A program made the position numbers and the translations under genes. The notes beneath the pieces were generated by a model. The model was not told where the DNA came from. It ran no database searches and was given only the letters and a program-made list of their open reading frames with translations. Shown piece after piece: positions 7,163 through 18,341 of a stretch of 34,362 nt of DNA. The stretch's first letter is position 1. The number at the start of each line of letters is the position of its first letter. Source of the stretch: an uncultured Mycoplasma sp. (lineage in GTDB: Bacteria; Bacillota_I; Bacilli_A; RF39; UBA660); assembly GCA_964430375.1 (NCBI GenBank), contig CAYSEZ010000002.1, forward strand, positions 3,591 to 37,952. The letters run 5' to 3'.

Positions 7163-9136
7163 CTATTCAGTTTCATTATTTTCATTATTGGATGTTTCGT
7201 TATTATCTACTTCTGTTTCATTATTATCTATTTCTATATCATTATTATCTATAATTGGTGTTTCTATGATTTGTTCTTCTACTTTAGATATTGTTAGGGT
7301 TATACTACCACTAATTAAATCTATTCTTTTATTAGATGGTAGGCTTTGGTTTATAACAATTCCATTTTTATAACTATTATCTGTTATTGTTTGGTATTCT
7401 ATTTTGTATGAAATGTCATTATTTTTTAACCAGTTAGTTGCTTCTTCTTCTGTTTTTCCTACTAAGTTTATAAGTAAATTATAAGTTGTAGTAGCAGCTA
7501 AATTATCTTTTCCTATTGTTTCTAATTCATATTCTTCTTCTATATTGAAGTCAAATTCTTTTACTGTTTTTGTTTTTGTTAATTCTAGGTTTTGTTTCAT
7601 TATATTTACTATTTGTTCTAGACTACTTTTATTTGGTATATAGTTATAAAGTACTAATTGTATTGATTCATCATATATCATTTGACTAGATCCTGATAAA
7701 TATAATTGTTGTATACTTATTAGATTACTATATTCAGAACTTGTTAATATTATATTTTTAAATATTTCATAGAAAGATAATATTTGTTTAGTAGTAAAGT
7801 TAGTATCCATATTTTGACTTACTGCATCTAGTATTTCTAAGGCTTGTCCAGCACTTCTTATTTCTTTTGCTTTATTTAGTATTCCTTTGATTACTTCTTG
7901 TTGATTTAATCCTCTTTGGAAGTCACCTGTTGCAAATGTTTTTCTATGTCTAGCTAGTGCTAGGGCTTGTTCTCCATTTATTGTATGAACCCCTTTTTCT
8001 AGACATATTAAGTTTTCTGTTTTTGTTGATCTATTAGAATTTGATTCACAGAAATCTTTTGGTACATCTACTTCAATACCTCCTAGGGCATCTACTAATT
8101 TTACTACTCCTTTAAAGTTAATTTTTGCATAATAATTTATATCAATACCAGTAAATTTTTCTATTGTTTTAATCATACAACTTTCACCTTGCCATGCTGC
8201 ATGAGTAATTTTGTTTTCTTTACCATTAAATCCTGAACATGGAATAGAAACATATGTATCTCTTGGAATGCTTAACATAGTAGCATTTAATGTTTTTGGA
8301 TTAAATGTAATAAGCATTAATGCATCTCCATTACCGGTTGCATTTTTATCTAATGTTTCTGCTGTACTATCTATTCCCATAATTAATACTGTAAATGGTT
8401 CTTCTATTTTATCACTTGTATTAAAACTAGTTAGTTCTTCACCTGATAATTTAGATATTTCATTTTTTGTATATTTTTTACTTTTTTCATATATTATTTT
8501 TGTTTCAGATTCAATATTTTCATAATCTTCGATTGATTTAAACATACTAGGGTAATTACTTGAAATAATAATAGCATCTATATTTTTGTTATATAATTCT
8601 TTTATAAGTTCTGTAAATGTTTCACATTCTACTATTGTATTATTTTTTTCTAAATTATATTCATTAATTATTTCTTTTCCTATTATGTATCCATCTATTG
8701 AAGTATTATCATTTATAATACCAATTTTTATATCTTTTATTTCTTTGATATCATTATATTCAGAATCTTTTAGGACTACAATTGCACTAGTATATGTTAT
8801 TTTATCTTTATTCATATTATCAAGTGATGAATAAGTTTTAAATATGAAATACCCTATAAATCCTTGAATAAATATTAATATAGAACTAATTATAATAAAT
8901 AATATATATTTTGCTAATGTATTTTTTTTAATTAATTTTCTAAGTAATAATATTAATATAAAGTTTATAACTAAAGTAAGTATCATAACAAAATATCTTA
9001 TTTCTGTTTCAATACCATTTATTAAATAAATAGAGTATATTAAGAAAATCATTGCTAGGATTGTTAGAATAGTAAATATATCTCTAGTTATTTTTATTTC
9101 TTTTTTTATTTTTTTCTTTTCTTTATTTTCTTTCAT
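7163..9136 (-). CDS. LytR-CpsA-Psr (LCP) family cell-wall polymer ligase with an N-terminal TM region, a C-terminal PASTA-like domain and an acidic N/E/D-rich tail
   Basis: The LCP core reads VLIMGIDS...GDALMLITFNP....ATMLSIPRDTYV. The C-terminal segment is LINLVGKTEEEATNWLKNNDISYKIEY... Confidence 0.8.
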   Translation of the reverse strand: MKENKEKKKIKKEIKITRDIFTILTILAMIFLIYSIYLINGIETEIRYFVMILTLVINFILILLLRKLIKKNTLAKYILFIIISSILIFIQGFIGYFIFKTYSSLDNMNKDKITYTSAIVVLKDSEYNDIKEIKDIKIGIINDNTSIDGYIIGKEIINEYNLEKNNTIVECETFTELIKELYNKNIDAIIISSNYPSMFKSIEDYENIESETKIIYEKSKKYTKNEISKLSGEELTSFNTSDKIEEPFTVLIMGIDSTAETLDKNATGNGDALMLITFNPKTLNATMLSIPRDTYVSIPCSGFNGKENKITHAAWQGESCMIKTIEKFTGIDINYYAKINFKGVVKLVDALGGIEVDVPKDFCESNSNRSTKTENLICLEKGVHTINGEQALALARHRKTFATGDFQRGLNQQEVIKGILNKAKEIRSAGQALEILDAVSQNMDTNFTTKQILSFYEIFKNIILTSSEYSNLISIQQLYLSGSSQMIYDESIQLVLYNYIPNKSSLEQIVNIMKQNLELTKTKTVKEFDFNIEEEYELETIGKDNLAATTTYNLLINLVGKTEEEATNWLKNNDISYKIEYQTITDNSYKNGIVINQSLPSNKRIDLISGSITLTISKVEEQIIETPIIDNNDIEIDNNETEVDNNETSNNENNETE

Positions 9137-9145
9137 AACTTCACC

Positions 9146-11956
9146 TTAATTTATTGTTATAGTTTTTGTAAATGTTTTTGTTTCATCTTTATATGTAGCA
9201 ATATATGTAATTTGATATTCTCCTTTTTTAGAGGTATCTATAGCATATACTGTTTTATTAGAAGATAGGTCTGTTATTGTTTTGGTAACAGTAATAAAAC
9301 TAGTTACATCAATACCATCTTCTGTAGCGCTAATAGGGTTAGAGTTTTCAGTGTATGTGTCATTTATATTTAAGTTTATATTAGTGGAATCATTAAATGT
9401 AAATTCTATGTTAGAACTGATAGTAAAAGTGCTACCGGAACTTTTATTTGATTCTACTTTTTCATATGATGTTTTAACTACATAAGTACCATATGGATTA
9501 TCAGTAGAGTAGTTATAATAATTATTTGTTGTACTTCCTATTTCTTCTCCATTAAAGTAAATAAAGTATTTAATTTCTCCATTTGTTTCTTTATTTATAT
9601 CAGATGGATATGAAACAGAGTCCCATGTAATTTTTGAAGTACCATTTGAATAGTTAACATTTAGTCCTGTTACATTTTCAATTGTTTTATATTTACTTGA
9701 TTGTTCAGTTGGTTCTGTACCTCTTTTAAATAATTCAGTTATTATCATATTAGATGGAGTATTTTCACTAGGAAGTAGTTCTGTACCTTTTTCTATTTTT
9801 ACTGATACAACACTTGATGGTTTTTTAAATGTTGTTCCATCATTATCAAATACTGCTTTAGCAAGTGCACGATATAATTTATTTCTATGAGTAACCATTT
9901 TTGATTGTACTATGTATTGACCTTCGACATTTTCGTTATAACCGGTCCACATAGCCATTGATATATTTGAAGTATATCCGGCGATCCAACCATCTGGAGC
10001 GGCACTACTAGGGTATTTATAAAGTTTTCGTGTTGCTTCATCATAGTTAGTTGAACCAGTTTTAAGTGCAACTTGATCTTTAACTGCACTATTAACTCCG
10101 GTAGATATAGCTACTTCTTTAAGGATATCTGTTATCATGTATGCTGTAGAATCACTCATTGCTTTTACTTTTTCACTTTCAAAGTCATCAATTACTTCGT
10201 TAGTTTCTCTTAATACTATTTTGTTAACTGCATATGGTTCATAGTAATAACCACCGTTTGAAAATGCTGCATAAGCTCCGGCTAACTCTAGAGGGGAAGC
10301 GCCATTAAATGCTCCAAGAGAGTGAGCTTCATGGATATAAGTACTATTTTCACTTTCATATTCTGGCTCTATTCCTAAAGTTGTTACAAATTTATTAATT
10401 TGTGAATTTTCTAATTCTTGGAATGCTTTAACTGCAGGGACATTTCTAGAATCTGCTAGTGAATATCTTAATGTGATTTCTCCTTTATATGCTAAGTCAT
10501 AATTTACTATTTTTTCTGTACTACCAGTATAATAGTGAGGCTCATCATCAAATATATGACCGGTAGACCAATTTAAATATTCAATACCTGGTCCATAATC
10601 AAATAATGGTTTTGCAGTAGATCCTATTTGTCTTTTTATATCAGTTGCATAACTAAAAATACGTTCTCCAGTTCTATTTCTTGCTCCAGCGATTGCTATT
10701 ATTTTACCAGTATTACTTTCTATGGCAACTGCACCAGCTTCAATTGTTTTATTTGGCCATGTATATGTTTCTCCATCAAATACTTTTCTTACTGCAAGTT
10801 GTTTTTCTGAATCCATATTTGTATATATAATCATTGGAGTAACGTATGGATCAAGACCAGTTTTTTCTTGTATTTCTTTTAATACATAATCTATATAATC
10901 TTGATATTCATTTTGTGATTTGTTAGAATTACTACTAATTAAATCTTCAATTGGAATAGAAAGTACTATATCTTTTTCTTCTTCAGTTATATATCCGTGT
11001 TTAACCATTAAAGATAATACTGTTTCTTGTCTTTCTCTAGTGTTTTCTGGATATACAGTAGGATCATAACTAGTAGGAGCTTGGAATAGTCCAGCGATAA
11101 TTGAGGCTTCAGCAAGATTTATTTCACTAGTACTTTTACCAAAATAACTTTGACATGCTTGTTCTACACCATAAGAGTAATTACCAAGATATGGAACATT
11201 TACATAAAATTCTAATATTTCTTGTTTAGTAAATGCTTTTTCTATTTTAAATATTGATAAATAAATATCAGTAAATTTTCTTATAATTCCTTCAATACCA
11301 GAAGCTTCAGTAGAAGTAAAATTATTTTTAGCTACTTGCATTGTAATAGTAGAACCTCCGCCAGCATCAGAAGAACCAAGTACTTGTCCTAAAACTGCTT
11401 TAAAGAATCGTGGAGCGTCTAATCCATTATGTTGAAAATATCTAGAATCTTCAGTTGCTACAATTGCATTAACTAATACTTCAGGCATATCATTATAAGT
11501 TATTTTTTCACGTTTTTCACTACCTAAAGTTGCTACTAATTTATTACTATTATCATATACAAGAGAAGTTTCTCTTCGATCAAGTTTTTCAACATCAAAT
11601 TCTGGTGATGCTATTACTATATATATAAAGAAAGCAGTAAAAGCTAAGATAGCAAGTATTCCCATTATAAGAACAAATATAAGTAAGCTTTTAATTATTT
11701 TTCTTTTAGGACTGTTTTTAGGATTATTATCAAGTACTTTAGTACATAATATTATTAATATAAAAACAAATGTTCCTAGAAATGCAATCAAACTACCAAA
11801 GAATAAATAACATAGTATAAATACTAAAATAGTCATTATACTTAAAAATATTAAATATCTTTTTGATAATTTTTTAACTTTACTTTTAATTTCTTCTTTA
11901 TTAATTTTTCTTTTTTTAGCCTTTATTTTATCTTTTTTAACTTCTTTTTTATTCAT
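9146..11956 (-). CDS. ponA: Class A penicillin-binding protein (bifunctional glycosyltransferase/transpeptidase) with a C-terminal extension of about 200 aa
   Basis: GT51 motifs EDSRYFQHNGLD and GGSTITMQ. Transpeptidase motifs STAKP, SRN and KTGST. It overlaps recU as in the Bacillus recU-ponA operon. Confidence 0.9.
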   Translation of the reverse strand: MNKKEVKKDKIKAKKRKINKEEIKSKVKKLSKRYLIFLSIMTILVFILCYLFFGSLIAFLGTFVFILIILCTKVLDNNPKNSPKRKIIKSLLIFVLIMGILAILAFTAFFIYIVIASPEFDVEKLDRRETSLVYDNSNKLVATLGSEKREKITYNDMPEVLVNAIVATEDSRYFQHNGLDAPRFFKAVLGQVLGSSDAGGGSTITMQVAKNNFTSTEASGIEGIIRKFTDIYLSIFKIEKAFTKQEILEFYVNVPYLGNYSYGVEQACQSYFGKSTSEINLAEASIIAGLFQAPTSYDPTVYPENTRERQETVLSLMVKHGYITEEEKDIVLSIPIEDLISSNSNKSQNEYQDYIDYVLKEIQEKTGLDPYVTPMIIYTNMDSEKQLAVRKVFDGETYTWPNKTIEAGAVAIESNTGKIIAIAGARNRTGERIFSYATDIKRQIGSTAKPLFDYGPGIEYLNWSTGHIFDDEPHYYTGSTEKIVNYDLAYKGEITLRYSLADSRNVPAVKAFQELENSQINKFVTTLGIEPEYESENSTYIHEAHSLGAFNGASPLELAGAYAAFSNGGYYYEPYAVNKIVLRETNEVIDDFESEKVKAMSDSTAYMITDILKEVAISTGVNSAVKDQVALKTGSTNYDEATRKLYKYPSSAAPDGWIAGYTSNISMAMWTGYNENVEGQYIVQSKMVTHRNKLYRALAKAVFDNDGTTFKKPSSVVSVKIEKGTELLPSENTPSNMIITELFKRGTEPTEQSSKYKTIENVTGLNVNYSNGTSKITWDSVSYPSDINKETNGEIKYFIYFNGEEIGSTTNNYYNYSTDNPYGTYVVKTSYEKVESNKSSGSTFTISSNIEFTFNDSTNINLNINDTYTENSNPISATEDGIDVTSFITVTKTITDLSSNKTVYAIDTSKKGEYQITYIATYKDETKTFTKTITIN

Positions 11957-12521
11957 TTTTTATTCCTCCATATTCTTTAATTATATTTATATAATCTACA
12001 CTAGGCATTATTTTTTGTTTTATTAAATAACCTTTATCCTTTATATAATCTATTGGTATAGATTTTCTATCATTATTATCTATAAATTCTAAAAAGTCTT
12101 TAGCAAATAATAAGTATGTTTCTTCTAATTTAGTAAATCTAATTATTAAAAAACAAATACCTTTTTCTTTTTCTATTCTTCTTAAATGATTTATTTGATG
12201 TTTATGAATATTAGCAAGTGGAAAACTTGTTTTACTTTTTGTTTCTTTTGCCTCAAAATCGACATAATGTGAGTCATATATACCATTATAATCTGTAGTA
12301 GAGGGTTCTAAAAAGTAAGCATCTACTATTTTTGCTCCTAGTTGTTTTACAACTTGTATAGGAGTTGGTTTTTTATAAATAACTGCGATATTATTATCTA
12401 AATAATATTTATTAGTTTCATTTATTTCATGTTCTAGAGTCATTCCTCTATTAGCATAATTTTTATATTTGGTATTACTTTTAGTAATGTTGTTTGGATA
12501 TTTTATCAAATTAATCACCAT
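11949..12521 (-). CDS. recU: Holliday junction resolvase RecU
   Basis: A 190-aa protein with the YANRGMTLEHEIN....Y N-terminal region. It overlaps the ponA start by 8 nt. Confidence 0.8.
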   Translation of the reverse strand: MVINLIKYPNNITKSNTKYKNYANRGMTLEHEINETNKYYLDNNIAVIYKKPTPIQVVKQLGAKIVDAYFLEPSTTDYNGIYDSHYVDFEAKETKSKTSFPLANIHKHQINHLRRIEKEKGICFLIIRFTKLEETYLLFAKDFLEFIDNNDRKSIPIDYIKDKGYLIKQKIMPSVDYINIIKEYGGIKNE

Positions 12522-12600
12522 ATTAAAATTATACTACATAAATGATAAAATATCTAGATTTATAGAGTAAATATTTAAAAGAAAGTGTAAGGTGACAATA

Positions 12601-12696
12601 TGGATAATACAAGTTTATCTTTATTACTTAAAGATATGTTAGTAAAAACTAAGTATGTAAAGTTAAAAATGGAGTATGAAATGTTAAAAAAATAGA
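12601..12696 (+). CDS. Possible small ORF (31 aa, [31 protein letters not shown])
   Basis: An ATG preceded by aaggtga, in the recU-lepA divergent intergenic region. No motif was recognised. Confidence 0.2.
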
Positions 12697-12749
12697 TTAT
12701 GCTATTCTTTTTCTTAAAGTTTTATGATAAAATAACTAGAGAAAGAGTG

Positions 12750-14552
12750 ATGTATATGGATATAAATAAAATAAGAAATTTTTCTATAATTGCACATATT
12801 GATCATGGTAAATCAACTCTTGCAGATAGGATATTAGATGTAACTGGTGCAATTAGTGAAAGAGAAAAGAAAGAACAATTATTAGATTCAATGGAACTAG
12901 AAAGAGAAAGAGGTATTACTATAAAGTTAAATGCTGTTTCTTTAAAATATAATTATAATGGAGAAATATATAATTTAAATTTAATAGATACTCCAGGACA
13001 TGTAGATTTTACATATGAAGTATCTAGGTCTTTAGCAGCATGTGAAGGTGCAATACTAGTAGTAGATGCTACTCAAGGTATTGAAGCGCAAACACTAGCT
13101 AATTTATATCTTGCTTTAGATAATAATTTAGAAATAATACCTGTTATTAATAAGATAGATTTACCTAATGCAGATCCTGAAAAAGTTACTAATGAGCTTA
13201 TAGATACTTTAGGATTTAAAAGGGAAGAAATAGTTTTATGTAGTGCTAAAGAGGGTATAGGTATAAAAGAATTACTTGATAAAGTAGTAGAAAAAGTGCC
13301 TTGTCCTAAGACAAATGGTGAAAAGTTAGAAGCTTTAATATTTGATTCAATTTATGATCCATATCGTGGTGTAATACTTTCTGTTAGAATAGTAAATGGA
13401 TCTTTAAAAAAGGGAGATACTATTTTAATGAAAAAAACAGGTGCTACATATGAAGTTGTATCACTATCTATTAATACTCCAAAAGAGATAAAAGTAGAAA
13501 AGTTAGAATCAGGTGAAGTAGGTTATGTTTTTGCAAGTATTAAAAGTATATCTGATGTAAGAGTTGGAGATACTATTACTTTAAAAAATGATCCATGTCT
13601 TGAAGCATTATCTGGTTATAAAGAAATTAAACCGTTTGTTTACTGTGGTATTTATCCAATAGATTCAAAAAGATATGAAGATTTAAAAGAAGCCTTAGAA
13701 AAATTAAAATTAAATGATGCATCACTATCATATTTTCCTGAAACTTCTAGTGCATTAGGTTTTGGTTTTAGATGTGGTTTTCTAGGATTACTTCATATGG
13801 ATGTAACTCGTGAAAGAATAGAAAGAGAATTTAAAATAGATTTAATTGCTACTAGTCCATCAGTTATATATGAAGTAGAAAAAACAAATGGAGAAATAAT
13901 TATGGTAGATGCTCCAAGTAAATTACCTGATAAAGTATTAATAAAAGAAATAAAAGAACCATATATTAGAGCAAGTATTTTTACACCAAGTGCTTATATT
14001 GGTCCTATTATGGAATTATGTCAAAATAAAAGAGGTAATTATATATCTTTAGAATATATAACTCCGACAAGAGTTAATATTCATTATGAAATACCTTTAT
14101 CTGAAATAGTATATGACTTCTTTAATAAATTAAAAAGCGCTACTAAAGGGTATGCATCATTTGATTATGAAATAATAGGTTATAGAAAAAGTGATTTAGT
14201 AAAACTTGATATCTTATTAAATGGAGAAATAATAGATGCATTAAGTGTTATTGTACATAAAGATTTTGCTTATGATAAGGGTAGAGTAATAACAGAAAAT
14301 TTAAAGAAAATTATACCTAGACAAATGTTTGAAGTACCAGTACAAGCTGCAATTGGAACAAAAGTTATTGCAAGAGAAACAGTAAAAGCAATGAGAAAAG
14401 ATGTACTTGCTAAATGTTATGGTGGAGACGTATCTCGTAAAAGAAAACTTTTAGAAAAACAAAAAGAAGGTAAAAAGAAGATGAAAACTATAGGTAGTGT
14501 AGAACTTCCTACTGATGCTTTCTTATCAATATTAAAAGTAGATGATGATTAA
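12750..14552 (+). CDS. lepA: Translation elongation factor 4 (LepA)
   Basis: Motifs [28 protein letters not shown] and NKIDL. The C-terminal LepA region includes [25 protein letters not shown]. The start is set at the ATG after agagaaagag. Confidence 0.93.
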   Translation: MYMDINKIRNFSIIAHIDHGKSTLADRILDVTGAISEREKKEQLLDSMELERERGITIKLNAVSLKYNYNGEIYNLNLIDTPGHVDFTYEVSRSLAACEGAILVVDATQGIEAQTLANLYLALDNNLEIIPVINKIDLPNADPEKVTNELIDTLGFKREEIVLCSAKEGIGIKELLDKVVEKVPCPKTNGEKLEALIFDSIYDPYRGVILSVRIVNGSLKKGDTILMKKTGATYEVVSLSINTPKEIKVEKLESGEVGYVFASIKSISDVRVGDTITLKNDPCLEALSGYKEIKPFVYCGIYPIDSKRYEDLKEALEKLKLNDASLSYFPETSSALGFGFRCGFLGLLHMDVTRERIEREFKIDLIATSPSVIYEVEKTNGEIIMVDAPSKLPDKVLIKEIKEPYIRASIFTPSAYIGPIMELCQNKRGNYISLEYITPTRVNIHYEIPLSEIVYDFFNKLKSATKGYASFDYEIIGYRKSDLVKLDILLNGEIIDALSVIVHKDFAYDKGRVITENLKKIIPRQMFEVPVQAAIGTKVIARETVKAMRKDVLAKCYGGDVSRKRKLLEKQKEGKKKMKTIGSVELPTDAFLSILKVDDD

Positions 14553-15025
14553 TGTATGGATATAAAGCATTTAATAAAGGTTTAACTGATAATTATGGTA
14601 ATATTTATGAGTTAAATAAAAATTATTTTTATGATGGTAATATTAAATTTAAACAAAGTGGTTTTCATTTTTGTGAAAATTTAGAAGATGTTTTAAGATA
14701 TTATAATTCATTTGAAAGAGATATAGAAATATGTTTAATTAAAGCATTTGGTAATATAGTAACTTATAATGATGAATATTATGGATATTATAATATGCAT
14801 TCTTCATCTAATTTTATGATTTTAAAAGTTTTATCTAGAAAAGAAATTATAGATATTATGTTAAATACTAATGAAGTTAGAATATGTAGATTTATTATGG
14901 GTTTTAAGTTAACAGAAGATGAAATAGATATTATATTAAATAAATTTAATAGTAAAATGATTATAGATTATATTTCTTATTATCAAAAAAATGATAAAGA
15001 TGTTTTTAAAAGAGCAAGAAGGTAA
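14552..15025 (+). CDS. Hypothetical protein coupled to lepA (TAATG overlap)
   Basis: A 157-aa ORF beginning [12 protein letters not shown]...GFHFCENLEDVLRYY. Its start codon shares one nt with the lepA stop. Confidence 0.6.
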   Translation: MYGYKAFNKGLTDNYGNIYELNKNYFYDGNIKFKQSGFHFCENLEDVLRYYNSFERDIEICLIKAFGNIVTYNDEYYGYYNMHSSSNFMILKVLSRKEIIDIMLNTNEVRICRFIMGFKLTEDEIDIILNKFNSKMIIDYISYYQKNDKDVFKRARR

Positions 15026-15141
15026 CTTTAGGTTAAAAACTTACTATGAAAGTCTTGACTGAAATAAAATATGGTGCAGTGTATTAGTACAGGAGCAGAA
15101 ATGCTTAGATAGTATATATATACTATGACAGGTGCCGATAG

Positions 15142-15180
15142 GCATATACAAAAGATTAGTCAAGAGATTAATCTTTTTTT
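15142..15180 (+). terminator. Rho-independent terminator of the lepA operon
   Basis: The stem aagatta/taatctt is followed by T7. Confidence 0.5.
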
Positions 15181-15197
15181 ATTTATAAGGAGGACAT

Positions 15198-16262
15198 ATG
15201 AAAAGTATTTATATACATATACCATTTTGTAATAAAATATGTACTTATTGTGACTTTTGTAAAATATATTATAATAAATCTTTAGTAGATAAATATTTAA
15301 TAGAATTAGAAAAAGAAGTGTTTTCTTTATATAAAAATGAAGTGATAAAAACTCTATATATTGGGGGAGGCACTCCTTCTTCTTTAGATAAAGATGAACT
15401 TATTAAGTTATTTTCTATTACTAATAGAATTAAATTATCTAAAAATTATGAATTTACTTTTGAATGTAATATAGAAAATATAAATGAAGATTTATTAATA
15501 TTATTAAAAAATAATAAAGTAAATAGAATTAGTATAGGTATAGAATCTTTTAATAAAGATATATTAAATATATTAGGTAGAAGTTATAATTTTTCTATAA
15601 AAGAAAAAATAGATTTAGTAAAAAAATATTTTATTAATATAAATATAGATTTAATATATGGAGTAAATAATGAAACTATAGAAATATTAGATAATGATTT
15701 AGATGAATTTTTAAAACTTAATGTTCCTCATATATCTATTTATTCACTTATTTTAGAGAATAATACTATGTTAAAAATAAATAATTATAAAGAAATAGAT
15801 GATGAATTAAATAATAAAATGTATTATTATATAATAAAAAAATTAAAAGATAATGGTTATATTCATTATGAAATAAGTAATTTTTCTAAAAAAGGATATA
15901 GTTCAAAACATAATTTAACATATTGGAATAATGAAGAGTATTATGGTTTTGGACTAGGATCTGGTTTTTATATTAATGGTATAAGGGGTTCTAATACTAG
16001 AAGTTTATCTAATTATTTAAAGGGAAATTATGTATTAGAAAAAGAAGAAATGAAAAAGAAAATAAATATGGAAAATGAAATGATTCTAGGACTTAGAAAG
16101 ATAAAAGGAGTAAGTAAAAGTAAGTTTTATAAAAAGTATAATGTTAATATAAGTGATGTATTTGATACTAGTAAGTTAAAAGAAAATAAAAATTATTACT
16201 ATATAGATAGTAAATATTTATTTATATCTAATTATATACTTGAAGATTTTATAGATAGTTAA
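15198..16262 (+). CDS. hemW: Radical SAM heme chaperone HemW (HemN-like, oxygen-independent coproporphyrinogen oxidase family)
   Basis: YIHIPFCNKICTYCDF CxxxCxxC motif with an SD (aaggagga). Its position after lepA is conserved in Bacillota. Confidence 0.85.
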   Translation: MKSIYIHIPFCNKICTYCDFCKIYYNKSLVDKYLIELEKEVFSLYKNEVIKTLYIGGGTPSSLDKDELIKLFSITNRIKLSKNYEFTFECNIENINEDLLILLKNNKVNRISIGIESFNKDILNILGRSYNFSIKEKIDLVKKYFININIDLIYGVNNETIEILDNDLDEFLKLNVPHISIYSLILENNTMLKINNYKEIDDELNNKMYYYIIKKLKDNGYIHYEISNFSKKGYSSKHNLTYWNNEEYYGFGLGSGFYINGIRGSNTRSLSNYLKGNYVLEKEEMKKKINMENEMILGLRKIKGVSKSKFYKKYNVNISDVFDTSKLKENKNYYYIDSKYLFISNYILEDFIDS

Positions 16263-16431
16263 AAAAATCAAAAAAGTACTTGAAATAAGTGCCTATATTG
16301 AGATTGTATAATATGGTGTGTAAATTATAAATTTACATATCATATTTTTTGATGATAAAAAATTATAATAAGGAGGAAATAAATAGCAAGAATTAAAATT
16401 AGTAGATTATACTAAAAAACTAATATTTAAC

Positions 16432-16460
16432 TTGAAATTTAATATAAAAAATAGTATAAT
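16432..16460 (+). promoter_or_regulatory. Putative sigma-A promoter of the TPR gene
   Basis: TTGAAA, a 17-nt spacer, then TATAAT. The TTG taken as the ORF-track start at 16432 is the -35 box. Confidence 0.45.
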
Positions 16461-16494
16461 ATGCTTTATACTTTATATGTATGTGGAGGTTTTT

Positions 16495-17790
16495 ATGAAG
16501 AAAAAAATGGATAAAAAAGTTTATAATTATTTTATGGAAGCAAAAAAAACACATAATATTAATTTAATGAGAAAGTTATACGAGACATATAATAATGAAT
16601 ATATGATTAAGTTTGAATATGCAAAAATGTTGTCAAAAAAAGGATGTTATAATGAAGCAAGAATAATTTTTGAAGAATTATTAAAAGAAGAATATGATAT
16701 ATATGTATTATTTGAATTAGGTGTATTAGAAAAGAAAGTAGGTAATATAGATATAGCAAAAAGTTATTTTGAACAACTTTTAAATTCAAGGGTAAAAACA
16801 TCTGCATTATTTGAACTTGGAAAGATAGAAAGAAAAATAGGTAATAATATAAAAGCAAAAAAATATTTTATGGAATTACTTGATAGTGATAAAAGACCTT
16901 ATATATTATTAGAATTAGGTTTAATAGAACAAGAAGAAAATAATATAAAAGATGCTAGATACTATTTAGAAAAAGCAATTAATACAGAAACTAGAATTAA
17001 AGCATTATTTGAACTTGGAAAGCTGGAAGAAGAACAAAATAATATAGATAAAGCAAAATATTGTTTTGAATTGTTACTAGAAAGTGATAAAAAAATGCAT
17101 GCACTATTTAAATTAGGTAAAATAGAAAAAGAACTAGGTAATATAGAAAAGGCTAAATATTATTTTGAAAGAATATTATCTAAAGAATATAATGTATATG
17201 CTTTATTAGAATTAGGTTTAATTGAATATAATTTAGGTAATATAGAAAAATCAAAAGAATATTTAGAAAGTATAATTAATACAAAAAATAAAGTATACGC
17301 AATCTCTAATTTAATATTTTTAAGTATAAAAGAAAATAATTTTGAAGAAGCATTTAATTATATAGAATGTTTAGATAATGATTTATTAAATGGTTATTTT
17401 AGTTTTGAATTATATATTATGAAAGAATTAAATATCTTCTTTAAAAATTATAAATATACTAATAGTTATAATAATTTACAAATAATAGATTATGATGAAT
17501 ATCTAGCGGTAGAACATATAGTAGAAAGACATAAAAAAGATTTTTCTTCTGATATAGATATTTATAAGTTATTTAATGATATAAAAGATGAACTTACTAT
17601 AGAAAATAAAAAACAAATATTAACACTTAATGATGTATATGAAATTAAAATACCTAACATAGCTATAAATAGTGATATATTAAGAGTAGTAACTCTTCCT
17701 AATTCCAAGGATATATTAACTATGTTTCCATTAAATAATGATATAAAAGAAAACTTATATGAAGAAAAAACAAGAGTAAGAACAAGATAA
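16495..17790 (+). CDS. TPR/Sel1-like repeat protein with a non-repeat C-terminal domain of about 150 aa
   Basis: The ATG at 16495 follows tggaggt. About 8-9 tandem units have the pattern ALFELGKIE..xGNIxKAKxYFExLL. Confidence 0.75.
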   Translation: MKKKMDKKVYNYFMEAKKTHNINLMRKLYETYNNEYMIKFEYAKMLSKKGCYNEARIIFEELLKEEYDIYVLFELGVLEKKVGNIDIAKSYFEQLLNSRVKTSALFELGKIERKIGNNIKAKKYFMELLDSDKRPYILLELGLIEQEENNIKDARYYLEKAINTETRIKALFELGKLEEEQNNIDKAKYCFELLLESDKKMHALFKLGKIEKELGNIEKAKYYFERILSKEYNVYALLELGLIEYNLGNIEKSKEYLESIINTKNKVYAISNLIFLSIKENNFEEAFNYIECLDNDLLNGYFSFELYIMKELNIFFKNYKYTNSYNNLQIIDYDEYLAVEHIVERHKKDFSSDIDIYKLFNDIKDELTIENKKQILTLNDVYEIKIPNIAINSDILRVVTLPNSKDILTMFPLNNDIKENLYEEKTRVRTR

Positions 17791-17967
17791 ATTAATTAGA
17801 ATGAAAAAGTTTAGTTCTAACTATAAAAGTTATTTGTAGATAAGTGTGTTTAATAAAATTCTTTAAAAACCCTAGACAAACTAATAAAAATATGATAAGA
17901 TTTAGTAGTTATTAAGCAATCCGCTTTTCATATGATTATGATTGCAATAGAAAAAGGAGTGATATCG

Positions 17968-18312
17968 ATGAATTTAGTAGACAAAATTTCTGCTAAACAA
18001 TTAAGAAATGATATTCCAGAATTTAGAGTAGGAGATACAGTTCGTGTAGATGTTAAAATCATCGAAGGTAAAAAAGAACGTATTCAAGCTTATGAAGGAA
18101 TAGTCATTGCACGTAAAGGATCAGGAATTAGTGAAACATTTACAGTTCGTAAAGAATCTTATGGTGTTGGAGTAGAAAGAATTTTCCCAGTTCATTCACC
18201 AAAATTAGCAAAAATTACTGTTGTTAAAAAAGGCAAAGTAAGACGTGCTAAGTTATATTTCTTAAAGAACTATCTTGGCCAATACAGAATTAAAGAAAGA
18301 GGACAAAAGTAG
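17968..18312 (+). CDS. rplS: 50S ribosomal protein L19
   Basis: Starts [39 protein letters not shown]. The ATG follows aaaggagtg. Confidence 0.92.
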   Translation: MNLVDKISAKQLRNDIPEFRVGDTVRVDVKIIEGKKERIQAYEGIVIARKGSGISETFTVRKESYGVGVERIFPVHSPKLAKITVVKKGKVRRAKLYFLKNYLGQYRIKERGQK

Positions 18313-18341
18313 GCTTGTCCTCTTTATCTTTAGGTATAGTT

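Noticed and set aside
15026-15141. The intergenic sequence upstream of hemW has several small hairpins (agca-GAAA-tgct and the palindrome tagtatatatatacta) and long-range pairing (tcttgac/gtcaaga), which might indicate a riboswitch or sRNA.
   Set aside because: It matches no riboswitch consensus that I know, has no convincing promoter and is AT-rich. It is most simply the 3' UTR and terminator region of the lepA operon.
16300-16352. A short hairpin (tgtaaatt-ataa-atttaca) followed by a T-run after a TATAAT box downstream of hemW might be a tiny sRNA or attenuator.
   Set aside because: The predicted transcript would be only about 40 nt, and the -35 region is poor. It is more likely the hemW terminator region.
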